This document shows, in pieces, positions 50,665-63,305 of a stretch of 64,000 bases of DNA. This DNA is from Adineta vaga (taxonomy: Eukaryota > Animalia > Rotifera). The notes beneath the pieces are model-generated. The model made no database searches, was not told the DNA's origin, and worked only from the letters and a program-made list of their open reading frames with translations. The translations under genes and the position numbers were made by a program. The stretch lies in contig CP075493.1 in the NCBI GenBank assembly GCA_021613535.1, positions 14,012,001 through 14,076,000 on the forward strand. Direction: 5' to 3'. Each line of letters opens with the position of its first letter. Position 1 is the first letter of the stretch.

Positions 50665-53408
50665 ATGTGTGCTTTCTTCTATCAGCTCCGTTTCATATTG
50701 AAAATTTGTTTAGTTATAACATTGACGATTTCTCATTGTTCATCTGTCCCCTATGGAGTCTCGTCAACGACATATATTGATCGATTGAATATGAGTGTAT
50801 TTGTTCGTCAACATATTCAATTAGAAAATGATATCTATCATATTTATATATCACCATTGGCTTTACTTGATCTTAATCAAACAACATTAGTATCAGATCC
50901 AATAACAACTCGTACAACAATTATTATTCCATTGATTCTTTATATTGACGAACAAATGAAATTTGTTCTTGAAAATAATAGAAATGAATGTAAACAGACG
51001 ACAAAAAAATGTTTATTTTATCAAGTTTCAATTGAAACTATGCATATAATATATAAAGATACATGGGATCAAAGAAATCTATTGCATTCTTATCGTCAAG
51101 ATATAACTTCTATACAACTTTCATTTATTCCTTTGTTACAACAACGTTTATTATATGTTAATATTGGTTGTGTATCCAAAGAAATTTGTTTGAAACTTAA
51201 TGAAATCTTACACCAATCGAAAAGATCACTTGGTCTGTATCTTGAATATTCTTTTGATAAGACTGAACAAACAGAAATGATAATTAATTATAAACATTTA
51301 CAAACAAAAAATATTCATCATTCGAAATTTGTTCTTGAATATGATGTTGAACAATTATTACAGAATCTATTAGATGTAGCTGGTATACATAATAATGATA
51401 CATATGTTTTGTCACAAACTGATTTATTTTCATTGAAAGAAACTTTACGAAAGGAATTATTTGGAAAAACATTGATTTTAACGGATGATAATGATGAAAA
51501 ACAATGGAATTCAGTCTATTGGATAGATGAGAATATTCTTCGGCCAGATCGTGTTCTTAAATTATTGAAGAAAAAAAGTAATTCTAACTATACTTTGAAT
51601 AAAATGTTCACGTATGAGAATGATAGCAATACTCAAATGGATATTTATGTTCAACAGATGTATGATCAACGAAGTTTGAATTTATATCGAAAATATCGTC
51701 ATTTATTTGAATTACAACAGACAAAAGAACAAATGATGTTAAAGCTCAAACCAATATTAGCCTATGAAATAAATCTATTTAATAAATCGAAATTTTTCAT
51801 TCGTCAATTGGTACATTTAACCAAACGTGACACTATCTATTCGATGCCACTTTGTCCTATTGCATCAATAAAGGAAACAACACTAACAAATTACAAAAAA
51901 CAAATATCAGACATATTACAAAAGTTTCGTCAAACTCCTGAGAAACTTTGGAAAGCATTGTCGGACTGGATTGCAAATAAATATCCATCAACGACAACAG
52001 TTGATACATCAGAGAGTAAGCTGTACTATAGAATCAAGATAAATTCCAATTTTTTGTTTTTCTTTAGCAACGACGATAGAAACTACAGAATACATTGACA
52101 GTACCACTGACTTGTCGACATATGAGCCAACATCATCCGTAATTATCATGACAGATACGAGTGATGGTAAGACGTGTAAATTTGAAGTATTCTATCATGT
52201 ATATATATATATATGCAAGAATAGATCTTAAAAATGAAGAAATTCAGATGAGATTGATCGATTCTGTTAGAGACTAGATCATTGTATTACTCATCGGATT
52301 GATTCCATCTTTTACTTCATATATAAATCTTATCTAATCGACGTGTATTTTGAAAATGATCTATATTTGAAATATTCTTTTCTTTATTTTTATTAAATAA
52401 CAATAGCTACGACACAAACAACGACAACAACAACAACAACAACAACAACATTACTACTACGTGGCAACTCAAGTAAGATCAAAAGGAAAACATTGCTTCA
52501 GTTTTTGGATTTGCACTATTCATTATCAAATAAAAAGATATAATGATGATCATTATGTTGAAAAATATGCATCTTCATAATGCATATATAAAACAAAATA
52601 AGACCGCATCTATATCTGTCTTTTGTTAGCTTCAACAGTGGTAGAAGAAGGCGAAGTTTTAATGGTAAAATGCTCACAATCGCCAGTAGTTGTTGTTGTT
52701 TCGGCCATCTATCGATCGGTTTCAGAACCTTTATCTTGCTCACAAGATGTTACGAATATTACACGAGAATCATGTTTTGGCAAAAATTTCTGCGATTTTT
52801 TCGTTTGGAACGATACGGCAACTGGACCACTTCCATGTACAGAGGATCCCAAACAACTTGAAGTCGTATATTCATGCGATACTGATCGATGTAAGCTTTT
52901 CTCACATACTATACATGGTACATGTCCATCTTTCATAGATATATTTGGCCCTGTGTTATCAAATCAAGACTCTTGGGGAGAGGATATTTATCAGAGTAAG
53001 TTAAGAAGTTGACGCCGATAATGAAATTATATAAGGTGTAATATTCTCTCGTATTCTTACGCAGAAGAAGGTTTTTGAACTACATTCTTTAGCTTTGAGT
53101 TGAACTCGATAGAGGATAATTACAATACTGTAGTTATATTGTGCGATCTAGCATTGAAAGATTTCAACACTTTTCTACATTGACTTTCTTTTATAGATGC
53201 TCACGGATATATTTCTGATGTTGAATCAATCGAAGTATGTGGCAAGTATTGTTTAGAGACAGATCAATGTGTTGGTGTTGTCTATGCTCCAATAACAAGA
53301 CATTGTTGGCTGAAACACACTATGGTGACTCGCAACGTAGCTGACGATCGAGATTCAATGGTTGTGATTCACCCTGATCGGTATCCCGTAATCGATAATT
53401 CAGAATAA
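50665..53408 (+). CDS. Large secreted mosaic protein: unknown ~430-aa domain, Thr stalk, SUEL/rhamnose-binding lectin domain, PAN/apple domain
   Basis: Signal peptide; short Thr-rich exons; VEEGEVLMVKC..VVSAIY..CSQDVT..CFGKNFC..PCTEDPKQLEVVYSC; CGKYCLETDQCVGVVY..HCWLK; joining into one gene is inferred from splice sites. Confidence 0.65.
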
Positions 53409-53944
53409 AATCAAGAACGATTTTAAATTCTTCTTTTTGCTATCACTTACATTTTCGAGTAGTTTTCGTGTTACATATTCAAGAAATCTGTTCGAGAAAA
53501 AAAGAATATAATATTCTTTATAGAGCAATTTGCATTGAATACATTTTTTTTGTATTAATCGAAAGTACAGTGACGATTATATCAAATGTATCGAGTTCAT
53601 TAAATACAGATTTCTTTTTTATTGTATCAGTACCACATTGATCAATATAGAATATTCAATAAGCATGAGGTATGATAATATTTTTTTGAGTCTCATCTCA
53701 ACTTCGAGAATAGAACAAAAAATTTGATGAAATGTGAATGACCTGTGTTCATTATCTTTACAAGTAGTTCTTCTTCGCTTAAATAAATTCTTACATTCAT
53801 CTCCGTACATCGTATAAAAGGTATGGCGTGATTGTCATGTTTATAGATAAAAGAAATAACAAACTAAACATGATTTTGATATGATATCTATGAATATACA
53901 CAACTCATTTTTAATATTTCAAAGTTAATATATACTTATAATCA

Positions 53945-54460
53945 ATGCGAACAATCGATAAAATTATCATTGTTTCTTTTATATTTTTTTTCATTTTCGC
54001 TATTTTTATTGATTATATCAATGCTGTTTCTCCAGAAAATAAACGTATTCGATATGAAGATACATCAAAATGGATTTGGCCACCACAATTTGTTTTAAAA
54101 GTATTTTATTGGTGGTGTGAACATGCTGATCCATTTCTACTTGAAAATGAAACTGTGGCTAAATATTTAGCAGTACTTTCACCATTTCTATTTGCACCAT
54201 TTTATTTAATTGGAATTTATGCAATTTATAATAAAAAACAATGGATTCGTTTCCCTATGATTATATATTCATTTGTATTATTTTTTGATTTGAATTATTT
54301 CTTCTATCAAGCGATATATGGAATAGAAAAAAGTAACAATTTATTATTATTTACTTTAGGATATGGTTATTATCAAATATTTCCATTGATTTTAATTTAT
54401 CGATTTTGGTCGAAGAATGTTTTTAAAACAAGTATTTCAACTAGAATTAAAAACAACTAG
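53945..54460 (+). CDS. EXPERA-domain (TMEM97/EBP-like) membrane protein
   Basis: About 4 TM helices, FIDY, WWCEHADPFLLEN, FAPFYLIGIYAI..WIR, YQIFPLILIYRFW. Confidence 0.75.
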   Translation: MRTIDKIIIVSFIFFFIFAIFIDYINAVSPENKRIRYEDTSKWIWPPQFVLKVFYWWCEHADPFLLENETVAKYLAVLSPFLFAPFYLIGIYAIYNKKQWIRFPMIIYSFVLFFDLNYFFYQAIYGIEKSNNLLLFTLGYGYYQIFPLILIYRFWSKNVFKTSISTRIKNN

Positions 54461-55061
54461 GATCTAATATTATATCATTCTATATTTTTTATTTCGTGAA
54501 CTTAATGAAATAAATATATTGTCGAGAGAGATGATTAATATTCATAAAAAGAAAATTTGACAGTTAGATTTTCCTAGAAAAAATTCAGTTTTTCCCAGAA
54601 ATTCTTTTACTATCCATTCATATTCAGTTGTATAACTACGATGTATCAGTAACCTTCATGAATAGTTAGTCAGAAAGATCATTGACAACTGTGTTGCATC
54701 ATAATTCTATTCCCTTTTGGTTATGCGATGTACTATTGACATCGAGAGAAAAAAAGCACAAATCGATTACTTTGTAATAACATATAGAAAAGAAAAAGAA
54801 CATATCCTATCTATATATTTTTCTCATCCTTATCCGGTACAGAAGAAGTAGACTAATTCTTTTGCTTTCCTCTTTGGGATAAAATATTGATGTATATCTT
54901 CTTCGGTCATATAGCATATATCAGGAAAAAGTCAGTGAAGATATTTATAGAAAGAGAAAAAGAAAGAGAGAGATAGAACGGATAGTATATAAGCAATTAT
55001 TCTTAATAGATAACAAGAGAAGTATTCTGAATATAAACGACGAAGCAAACACAACTAAGCA

Positions 55062-55324
55062 ATGAGTTCAACAGATGCAAGTAAGTCGTATATTTTTGTA
55101 TTGAATACTTTGAATATCACACTTTTCTTCGTTGAAAATTAGATGCAAAAACAATTCGAGCAGCTGAATTAGCTGAAGCTCACATTACTGGTCAAGATAC
55201 ACCAGCAAGTGATCCTCATAAAAAAGCTGATGCTGAAAATCAAGGTTGGATGTCAGGTGATCAATTTACAATTTCCGAAACGCCTGTTGCACCACTTGGT
55301 TCAACTGTTGGTACAAAAGAATAA
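55062..55324 (+). CDS. 66-aa hydrophilic, probably disordered peptide (exons 55062-55080, 55143-55324)
   Basis: TATAAA at ~55033, ATG, gtaagt..ttag phase-1 intron, clean frame, AATAAA at ~55399. Confidence 0.7.
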
Positions 55325-55759
55325 ACATTAACTGTTTTCTTTTCTTTCTCAACCTACCCTTTAACCTCATTCTTTCTTTATTTACTATTCATGCATACAA
55401 TAAATCACTGACTTTGTTGGATTTTAATTTACTTGATTATTAATATAAATATATATGATGATATAAGTACAGAGAAAGAAGATTTTCTATAATGGAAATG
55501 ATATCAAATGAACAGTAATTGAATCTTAAGATAAATACACAAAGATATATAATACATGATACGATAAGTGTCAAAAATGAAAGAGTTGAATTAACTGCTC
55601 TTGAAAATCTTTGAGAGAATCTAAAGAATCATCTGAATAAGTCACATTCTTTTCTTCTAATTCAAAGAACGTCAGTATTTACATGTTAATTACAATATGT
55701 ATAAAGTATTCCAATGAAATAATATCGATTTCTTTTTCATCATTTATGTCATCAATTGT

Positions 55760-56200
55760 TAATGAAAATAGTCCAGTACCCGTTTACAAAATGATTTGGC
55801 CATCAAATTTGTTGTTCTACTATGATTCCAAAGTATAATAATATGATTATCATATCTATTTACTGCCATAAAATTGGATTTGCTATCATGATTAATATTA
55901 ACTACTGTCACAGAAATGAATGCACCTTCTTCCAGATAAGCTTCATAGGAAAATATTTCATCACCTTGATTGCAAATAATGCGTATTCTTCCAGTGAACA
56001 AACAAATAGTAATGATATCATCATGAGTGCCTAGATTTACATCAGCTGTGATGACAAAAAATGATTTAAAAATAGTTAGATAGGTTAATATTTCAGTAAA
56101 GACACCATTATGCGAATTCTATCATCAATTGCTACTGACATCACATCCGATTCTTGTGAATAAGTCTAAGAAATCGAATGATTTCTCATACATGCATCTA
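55760..56200 (-). pseudogene. Highly degraded FG-GAP/VCBS-repeat gene remnant
   Basis: FVITADVNLGTHDDII..IICNQGDEIF..ISVTVVNINHDSKSNFMAVNRYDNHIIILWN. Confidence 0.45.
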
Positions 56201-57149
56201 AAATTAAAAATATTCAAAGAATTACTATATACAATCATGCAAGATTTCAATTATCTCTTGGATTCGCAGCCATTGTTATCGTTTATAACTCCACAAATGT
56301 GATTCAATCTAAGATATGTCGTCAAACTCATATATTTAAACATGCATCAACTAGATACGCTATACGCACCGATGTCTGTCGAATATATCACAGGATCAAT
56401 GGTTACTTTTGTAGTTAATATATCCGATTTTTGTTTTTGAAAAGAATTACTGCTAGAACAGCAGTCACTGTAATAACTACTACAATAGTAGATATTCCTC
56501 CACTAAAACTATTTCTAATATGAAAAGATTTGAAAGATCTATTACGATAGAGTTTTACTGTTTTGTTAATGGAGATTGTCGTCTTTTAGTATATAGTTTT
56601 TGTCGTTATGAATTGTAATCAACACGTTTGAGTAGAGTACAGTGTCGTTAACAGAGAATAATATATCATAATTCAAAGACATTCTGTTACATTTCTTAAA
56701 TATCATGTATCTAAGAATAATTATTTGAGGAGAGAAACAAATATATATATCAAATAATTCTATTGTAGATTAAAACAGTTCATCACATTATTTATGATCT
56801 AGAATATATGAACTGACATAATTAGCAGTTCATACTGATATATCTCTGACATGGCTTTATATGTTATTTAAAGCAATGAAATGCAAAAATGAACTCTATT
56901 TTATCTAATATAAAATTATCTGTTATTGCATTTCAGAATAATATAGTGCTATCATTAAACTATATCACGAAAAGAGTACAATCGGAGATATCAAAATTCA
57001 GTATCTGACTATGATGCCGTACTCGTCAATACCACAATAATACGATGATTCTCTTCGTTTCTTCAGCAAATTTTATATTTTTTTTTTGAGAAAATAGATA
57101 AGAAAGAAGAAGAACAGGAGCAAATAGAAAAGTTGCCATGTGAAAATGT

Positions 57150-59508
57150 CTATTTAGATTTTTCAATATGATCAATAATTTGAAGTGCAGGACCAAGTTT
57201 CAAACCCGTTTGTTTCGTTAAAATATCTGATGTTAACATAAGAAGCGTTTTTCCATCGATTTCCTAAATAAGCAATTCAGTTCTTAAAATAATTTATTTG
57301 AAATATTAAAAACATACTTCTTCAAGAAAACGAGATGCAACACTTTCAAATGATGGACCAATTTCTTTTATAAATTTGACAACATCTTGTGGTGTGAATT
57401 CCTCAAGACGGCGACGAGATGCTGCACTATCTGAGAAAAGCAACGTTATTCAATATCAAAGTATGAATTTGACGATAGATTATTTACTAATCGAAGTAGA
57501 AGCGAATTCTCTTGTCATTTCCTTAACATGGTCAACGTTATGGGTCAACGCTGTTTCTATTATTGAAAACATATTCTTCATTTGTTTTAGTTTGTTTTGA
57601 TATTCTTCCTTTTTAGCCAACTATAAAACAAAGAATGACAATGAAAAAAAAATGAATCTATCTAACTTGATTTGTTTCCAGCCAGTTTAATGTTTCTTCA
57701 ATTGTTTTAATAATTGTCTTTTTATCAACTTCATTGAGTTTTTTGCTTAATTTCCCATCAGTAATTTTTGTCTTTAAATCAAAACAAAATGATTCCAATG
57801 AATTCTTTATTTGAATTCGTTCACATTCCATTTCTTCATCTTTTTTATACTGTTCATTATCATTAATCATACATTCAATTTCATCTTTTGTTAAATTTCT
57901 ATCATTATTTTATTTTCATTTCCAGAACTTTTCTCTATAGCTGACACGTTCAGAATACCATTCGCATCGATATCAAAAGTAACTTCAATTTGCGGCACAC
58001 GACGAAGGGCTGGTGGAATATTCGAAAGTTGGAAACTTCCAAGAAGAGTATTATTTTTCGTCTCAGAACTTTCACCTTCGAAAACTTTCACATCAAACGT
58101 AGTTTGATTATCTGAATCTGTTGTAAAAGTCTGCGTTTGTTTCGTTGGGATAGTTGTATTACGTTTGATTAGTGCTGTCATAACACCGTCAGGTATTTCA
58201 ATACCCTATGTAAAAATGAAAATAAACAAAGGTCCTTTTTCAAACTATAAACAAACCAATGAAATTGATGTAACATCAAGTAACAGCATATTCTTAATCT
58301 TCTCTGATTTATCTCCTGTTAAAATAGCTGCTTGTATGGCAGCACCATAAGCAACAACTTCATCAGGATTGATTGATTTATTTAGTTGTTTTCCGTTGAA
58401 AAAATCTTCAACCAATTTTTGCACTTTCGGTATACGTGTTGATCCACCAGCAAGAATAATTTCATGAATACTTGCTTTGTCCATTTTAGCATCCCGTAAA
58501 GCTCTCTCAATAGGTTCAAGTAATGTTCGGAAAAGATCAGTAGATAGTTCTTCGAAATGAGTACGTGTTATTGTTGTATAGAAATCGATACCTTCATGAA
58601 GTGAATCAATTTCAATAGAAGCTACCGTCGTTGTTGATAAAGTATGCTATTTAAAAATCACAAAAAATGCTCATTAGAAAATCGATTGTACCTTCTTACT
58701 TTGGCCTGTTCACAAGCTATTCGTAAACGACGAATAGCACGTTTATTTTTTAATAGATCGATGCTGTTTCGCTCTTGAAACTGTTCAATACAATATGTGA
58801 TCAGACGATCATGAAAATCTTCTCCACCTAAATGAGAATGTCCAGCTGTAGATTTGACTTCAATTACTCCTTCTTCAACTGTAACTATTGATACATGTGA
58901 TGTTCCACCACCTAAATCGAATATGACAATATTTTTTTCACCTGGTCCTGATGTGTTTAAACCATAGGCTATAACAGCAGCTGTCGATTCATTTATGATG
59001 CGCAATACATTCAAACTGGCAATAATTCCCGCATCTTTTGTTGCTTGTCGTTGAGAATCATTAAAGGATGCTGGAACTGTAATTACAGCTTCGGAAATTT
59101 CTCTTCCAACGTGATTCTCTGCTATTTCTTTCATTTTTATAAGTATCATCGATGCAATTTCTTCAGGAGTAAATAATTTGGTTTGATTTTTAAATTCAAC
59201 TTGAATTTTCAATTTATGATCATGTCTAACAACTTCAAATGGCCAATGTTTGATATACGATTGTACAATTGACTCATGAAATTTTCTTCCTATCAATCGT
59301 TTAGCATTTGAAAAACAGTATTTTGTGGATTAATTGATAGTTGATTTTTCGCTTCATCACCAACTAAACGTTGATCGTTACTAAATGCAACATATGAAGG
59401 TGTCATTGTATTTCCATTTTCATTCGGAATGATTTCAACTTGACCATTGTCATATATTCCAACACATGAATATACAGTGCCCAGATCGATGCCAATTGCT
59501 CGAGTCAT
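57150..59508 (-). pseudogene. HSP70 with a C-terminal SAM domain in place of the EEVD tail; two frameshifts in this copy
   Basis: NBD, linker MLLLDV, SBD ([27 protein letters not shown]), lid; then exons 57620-57488, 57430-57318, 57263-57150 encode FTPQDVVKFIKKIG..ASRFLEEEIDGKTLLMLTSDILTKQTGLKLGPALQII; frameshifts at ~59308 and ~57908. Confidence 0.88.
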
Positions 59509-60138
59509 TGAAATTTTTTGTTCTGACAACAGAATTTGCAAAGTTAAATAAGAGTTCTATAGAATGGTCTTCTATAGGAAGAAACATATTTTTTATCAAG
59601 AAAAAATAGCGATTGTCACATGTATTTACTTAAGAAATGCAAAGAATGAAGAAAAATTCTCGAATACAAAATCTCACTTGATGACAACGAAAATGAAACA
59701 ATTCCCTTATTTTTCTTTTTAACGTTTCAAGATTGCATATCTGTAAAGCTGTTACAACTGAAATGGTATTCATTTCAATCAGCATGCCAGCCATTCAGTA
59801 TGCTATGGAAATAATCATCTTCTTCCTACACTTTTTTGAACTTTTAGTACAGATAACTTACACACAGAACATAAAATGAAGAGAATGAAACGAAATCTCT
59901 AAAAATTCTTGTTCATCAGATGACTCGTGCTATGGTATCAAAAGATGTCACTCAATAGCATTAGTCTTTTTTTGGTTTATTCTAGATGACTCTCGTCATC
60001 CTCTGTCATGATGTTCTTTGCTTCTTCTATTTTTCTATTGCCTGTTTATCTCATGTTGACATCTTTACATTTTTTATTCTTGTTTATTTTTCATTTCAGA
60101 TAAAACTACATCTGTACAAGAACCAACGAAAAAACAAA

Positions 60139-61047
60139 ATGACACAAGAAACCGTTATTATCATTATTGACAAAGATGGTAATAAACAATTGGTAACTGA
60201 ATGTTTAGAATCGTTGGAAAAAGAATGTGGCCACCACCATATGGAGCGATGTGATTCATTTGATAATGCTTCCGAATATATCAAACAAGTTGATGAAAAT
60301 AAAACTGTCATTCTGATTGTTACAGGACGTTCACAGGAAAGTTTCAAAGATATTACATCTCAAGTTAATTCTTTACCACGAAAAATACGTAATTGTTTTC
60401 TTTATTCAACTGAACATGAAAATACAGCAAAACCTACAACAATCTCAACACAATATATCTTTGGTAAACGTCAATTACTTTCAGCTGTTCATGATGTATT
60501 AGATGCAATTGATTCATCACCAATGCATATTCATTCAGATGAATATACATCAATTACAGTACATGAAAGTACATTTAATAAATTATTCGATGCAATGAAA
60601 TCGATTCAATTTAAATTTCTTGGTTTTACAATAAAAATATCTCAAATGGAAGCTGTTTTATCACCATCAATTTTTCAATTTAAAGCTCTAGGAGAAATCT
60701 TTGGCGCTTTAAATATGCTTCCACATTTAAAACAAAATGTTCATGGTGAATGTGAATTAATATTAGATGAACAAACGGGAAAACTTCTATTAAAAATCAA
60801 AAAACTTATCATTGAATTACCGAAACTCTTTGGATTTGGCGGTGGTTCTACAGATGTAGGTAGTTACATTCCTCCAATTCCACTCAAAGGATTTATTAAT
60901 TTTATGCATCCATTCGATTTACCAAATATGTGTGAAACAAAACAACTTACAATCATTCCACGAAATCCACGATTTATTGTTGAAGAAAAACGTGCCACTT
61001 TCTCAGTTCAAATAGATTATGCTGAAACATTTGTTGAAAAAAAATAA
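60139..61047 (+). CDS. 302-aa two-domain protein: receiver-like alpha/beta N-domain + beta-rich (possibly tubular lipid-binding-like) C-domain
   Basis: Intact ORF from MTQETV; FDNASEYIKQV..KTVILIVTG..IRNCFLYS resembles the N-terminal module typical of this lineage's ART proteins; fold of the C-domain is a guess. Confidence 0.65.
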   Translation: MTQETVIIIIDKDGNKQLVTECLESLEKECGHHHMERCDSFDNASEYIKQVDENKTVILIVTGRSQESFKDITSQVNSLPRKIRNCFLYSTEHENTAKPTTISTQYIFGKRQLLSAVHDVLDAIDSSPMHIHSDEYTSITVHESTFNKLFDAMKSIQFKFLGFTIKISQMEAVLSPSIFQFKALGEIFGALNMLPHLKQNVHGECELILDEQTGKLLLKIKKLIIELPKLFGFGGGSTDVGSYIPPIPLKGFINFMHPFDLPNMCETKQLTIIPRNPRFIVEEKRATFSVQIDYAETFVEKK

Positions 61048-61428
61048 TTATTTTTCTGATATTCTCGCTATCAATTATAAATATCTGATAATCTCGCAAT
61101 GTGTATGAATGTGAAAATAAATTGACTAAGATACATTTATTTCTTGTCTTCAACATTGACTCAAACAAGTCTTATTTAGAGGTTGATTTTTTTCTATCAT
61201 CATCAAAAGCACTTTGACCAATACTCTCAAGGTTATGAAAGACATTTTCCTAGAAAAATTTTGGTTTTGCCCATTTTTTAATGTTAATGGAGAGAAATTA
61301 ATGAAATTCTAGTAAAGGAAGAATTAAAACTCAATAAAAAAATCAAATTCATGATGGATTATCTTCACATTTTTTATTAGCAATTGGTTTTCGTCATATT
61401 AAAGTAGATAAAGGAGGATGTGGGTGTA

Positions 61429-61520
61429 CCCAGGTCAACCAATCCGACGATCCGAGAGAATCCTATAGGATTCCTGGTGACGGAATCCACTACACTTCCA
61501 ATAATATCCGATGAATTAAA
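61429..61520 (+). mobile_element. Solo terminal fragment of a CCCAGGT-ended DNA transposon/MITE
   Basis: TA followed by CCCAGGTCAA, similar to the CACTA termini above; 16-bp palindrome GAATCCTATAGGATTC at 61458-61473. Confidence 0.5.
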
Positions 61521-62554
61521 AAAACCTGCAAATACCTAATTTCTTTGCATTTTCTCGGATTGAAAGTCCTTTACTTATGCGCTTCATATCTATCACGTAA
61601 GATTTCTTTCGCTTTTTTCGATTCAAAATCCTTTACTTATACTTCCTATATGCTCGATTAGAGTATGATTCCTTTGGACTGGTTTAGGATGGAGTGCTGA
61701 TTATGTAGATTGTATAGTGGGTTAAGGAAGGGATGTAGGAAATGGATCGGTGGAGGAATGCGATTTATTTTTTGGGACCCTCAGAATCGTAGGAGATGAA
61801 ATACATGAAACAATGCCAATGGCTAAGTTGTTTTGTGGAGAATTGATCGAGTGTTTCGGTAGAAACTAAACATTTTTCGAGGGATATAGGTGGAAATGTG
61901 AGTTAATGTTTGCGTTTCTTGTGAGTATGTCGTTCTGAGTTGTTGAGGATGTCTAGCAGTGTTAATTATTTTCATAAACAGTATTTGTACATCGGTAGGT
62001 AGTGTTGGCTTGGCGAAAGCACGAAGGTGGCAGTTAAATTAGCTAAGCAAATGTTTTCAGTAAGAGTTAGGTAATATATATTCATAGATAGCGACAAATA
62101 GTTTGAATATCGTGTTGCAGGTTCATCTAATGCGTCTTTTTGGTTGTTTTGTTTATAATATTCATTTTAAGATTTATGTCGGAATATGGTGCGGTTGTCG
62201 GTAGTTTATGATTAGTAAGCATGAATTAGGCTTCATGGTTGTATGGTTTGAACCTCAGTCTCATTTTTAGGTTTTATATTTACTCACAGGGTAACTCAAA
62301 CTTCTTTTCTCCTTAGGATGCGAGATTGCGCTGAAAAACAATTCTCTATTCTACAGTAAAGAGGGAATTGAGTTGGTATGACGAGCGTTATTTGTTCTAC
62401 AATTGTAAATATTTATTATCATAGAAATCTTACCAATGTTTCTATGAAAAAGACAGATATATCGTTATCTTGCTGCATACATGTATCAATTTGTGTTGTA
62501 TAAATATCCGAAAGAATACCTTTAGATTTATTTCGCTATACATAAGACAAAATA

Positions 62555-63070
62555 ATGCAATTCTTATTTATTCTTCTAATTGTTGTTGGTGAGTTATTTA
62601 CAAACAGAGAACATCTTTTTGCCTTTCTAACAATTTTCTCAATAGGATGTATTGTTGTAGTGAACACATATCAATGTTATGTTTGTTCTAGTCCATTAGA
62701 TGACGGATGTGGTGATCCATTTAACTCAAACATGATGACTGATGATAAAAAAGAAGATGCTGGGGGACAAGTGTGCATGGTAAGATTTATTCAGCTATTC
62801 TTATGATACCGGTTTTATTCTGATTGGTTTTTTAAGAAAATCAAGGCTACGACAGCTGTTACTACAGGAATCCTGCGTATACTATCATCACCTGAGGCAT
62901 GTATAGGTATTATGAATGGTTGCAGAGAGCAGAGTTCGGATCTTGGTAAGGGCACTGTATGTTGTTGCAATTCAAACTTATGCAATAGTGCACTAAGAAT
63001 GGGACAGCCGTCTTTCGTTGTCTACTTAATCATAGGCGCACTGGCTATCATCACCTATACATGGTTCTAA
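62555..63070 (+). CDS. Ly6/uPAR three-finger (Quiver/sleepless-like) protein, probably GPI-anchored, 3 exons
   Basis: Signal peptide, YQCYVCSS..GCGDPF, CM|K, CCCNSNLCN, hydrophobic C-terminus. Confidence 0.85.
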
Positions 63071-63305
63071 TGGTCCTTAATTGTTCCTTCTTTTATTTAT
63101 TTTAATCAAGACTTTTTATAATTAATTATTCGTTTTTAATACTAATTTTAAGCATAAATTAATTCTTGTACTTTCTGAAACACTTGCTTATGACAACTAG
63201 GTTTGTTCATAAACTGTATAATGAAAATCAGTCAATATTTGTTTTGATTGGGAAAGATTTCAACAAAAAAGTTCATTTTTGTGTACTCCGAAAGTGAGTA
63301 GACTA

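Noticed and set aside
52415-52450. (ACA)n microsatellite
   Set aside because: It is a Thr-coding exon of the 50665-53408 gene.
54569-54600. TTTTCCTAGAAAAA motif also present at ~61245
   Set aside because: Too short and AT-rich to call a repeat family without a genome-wide count.
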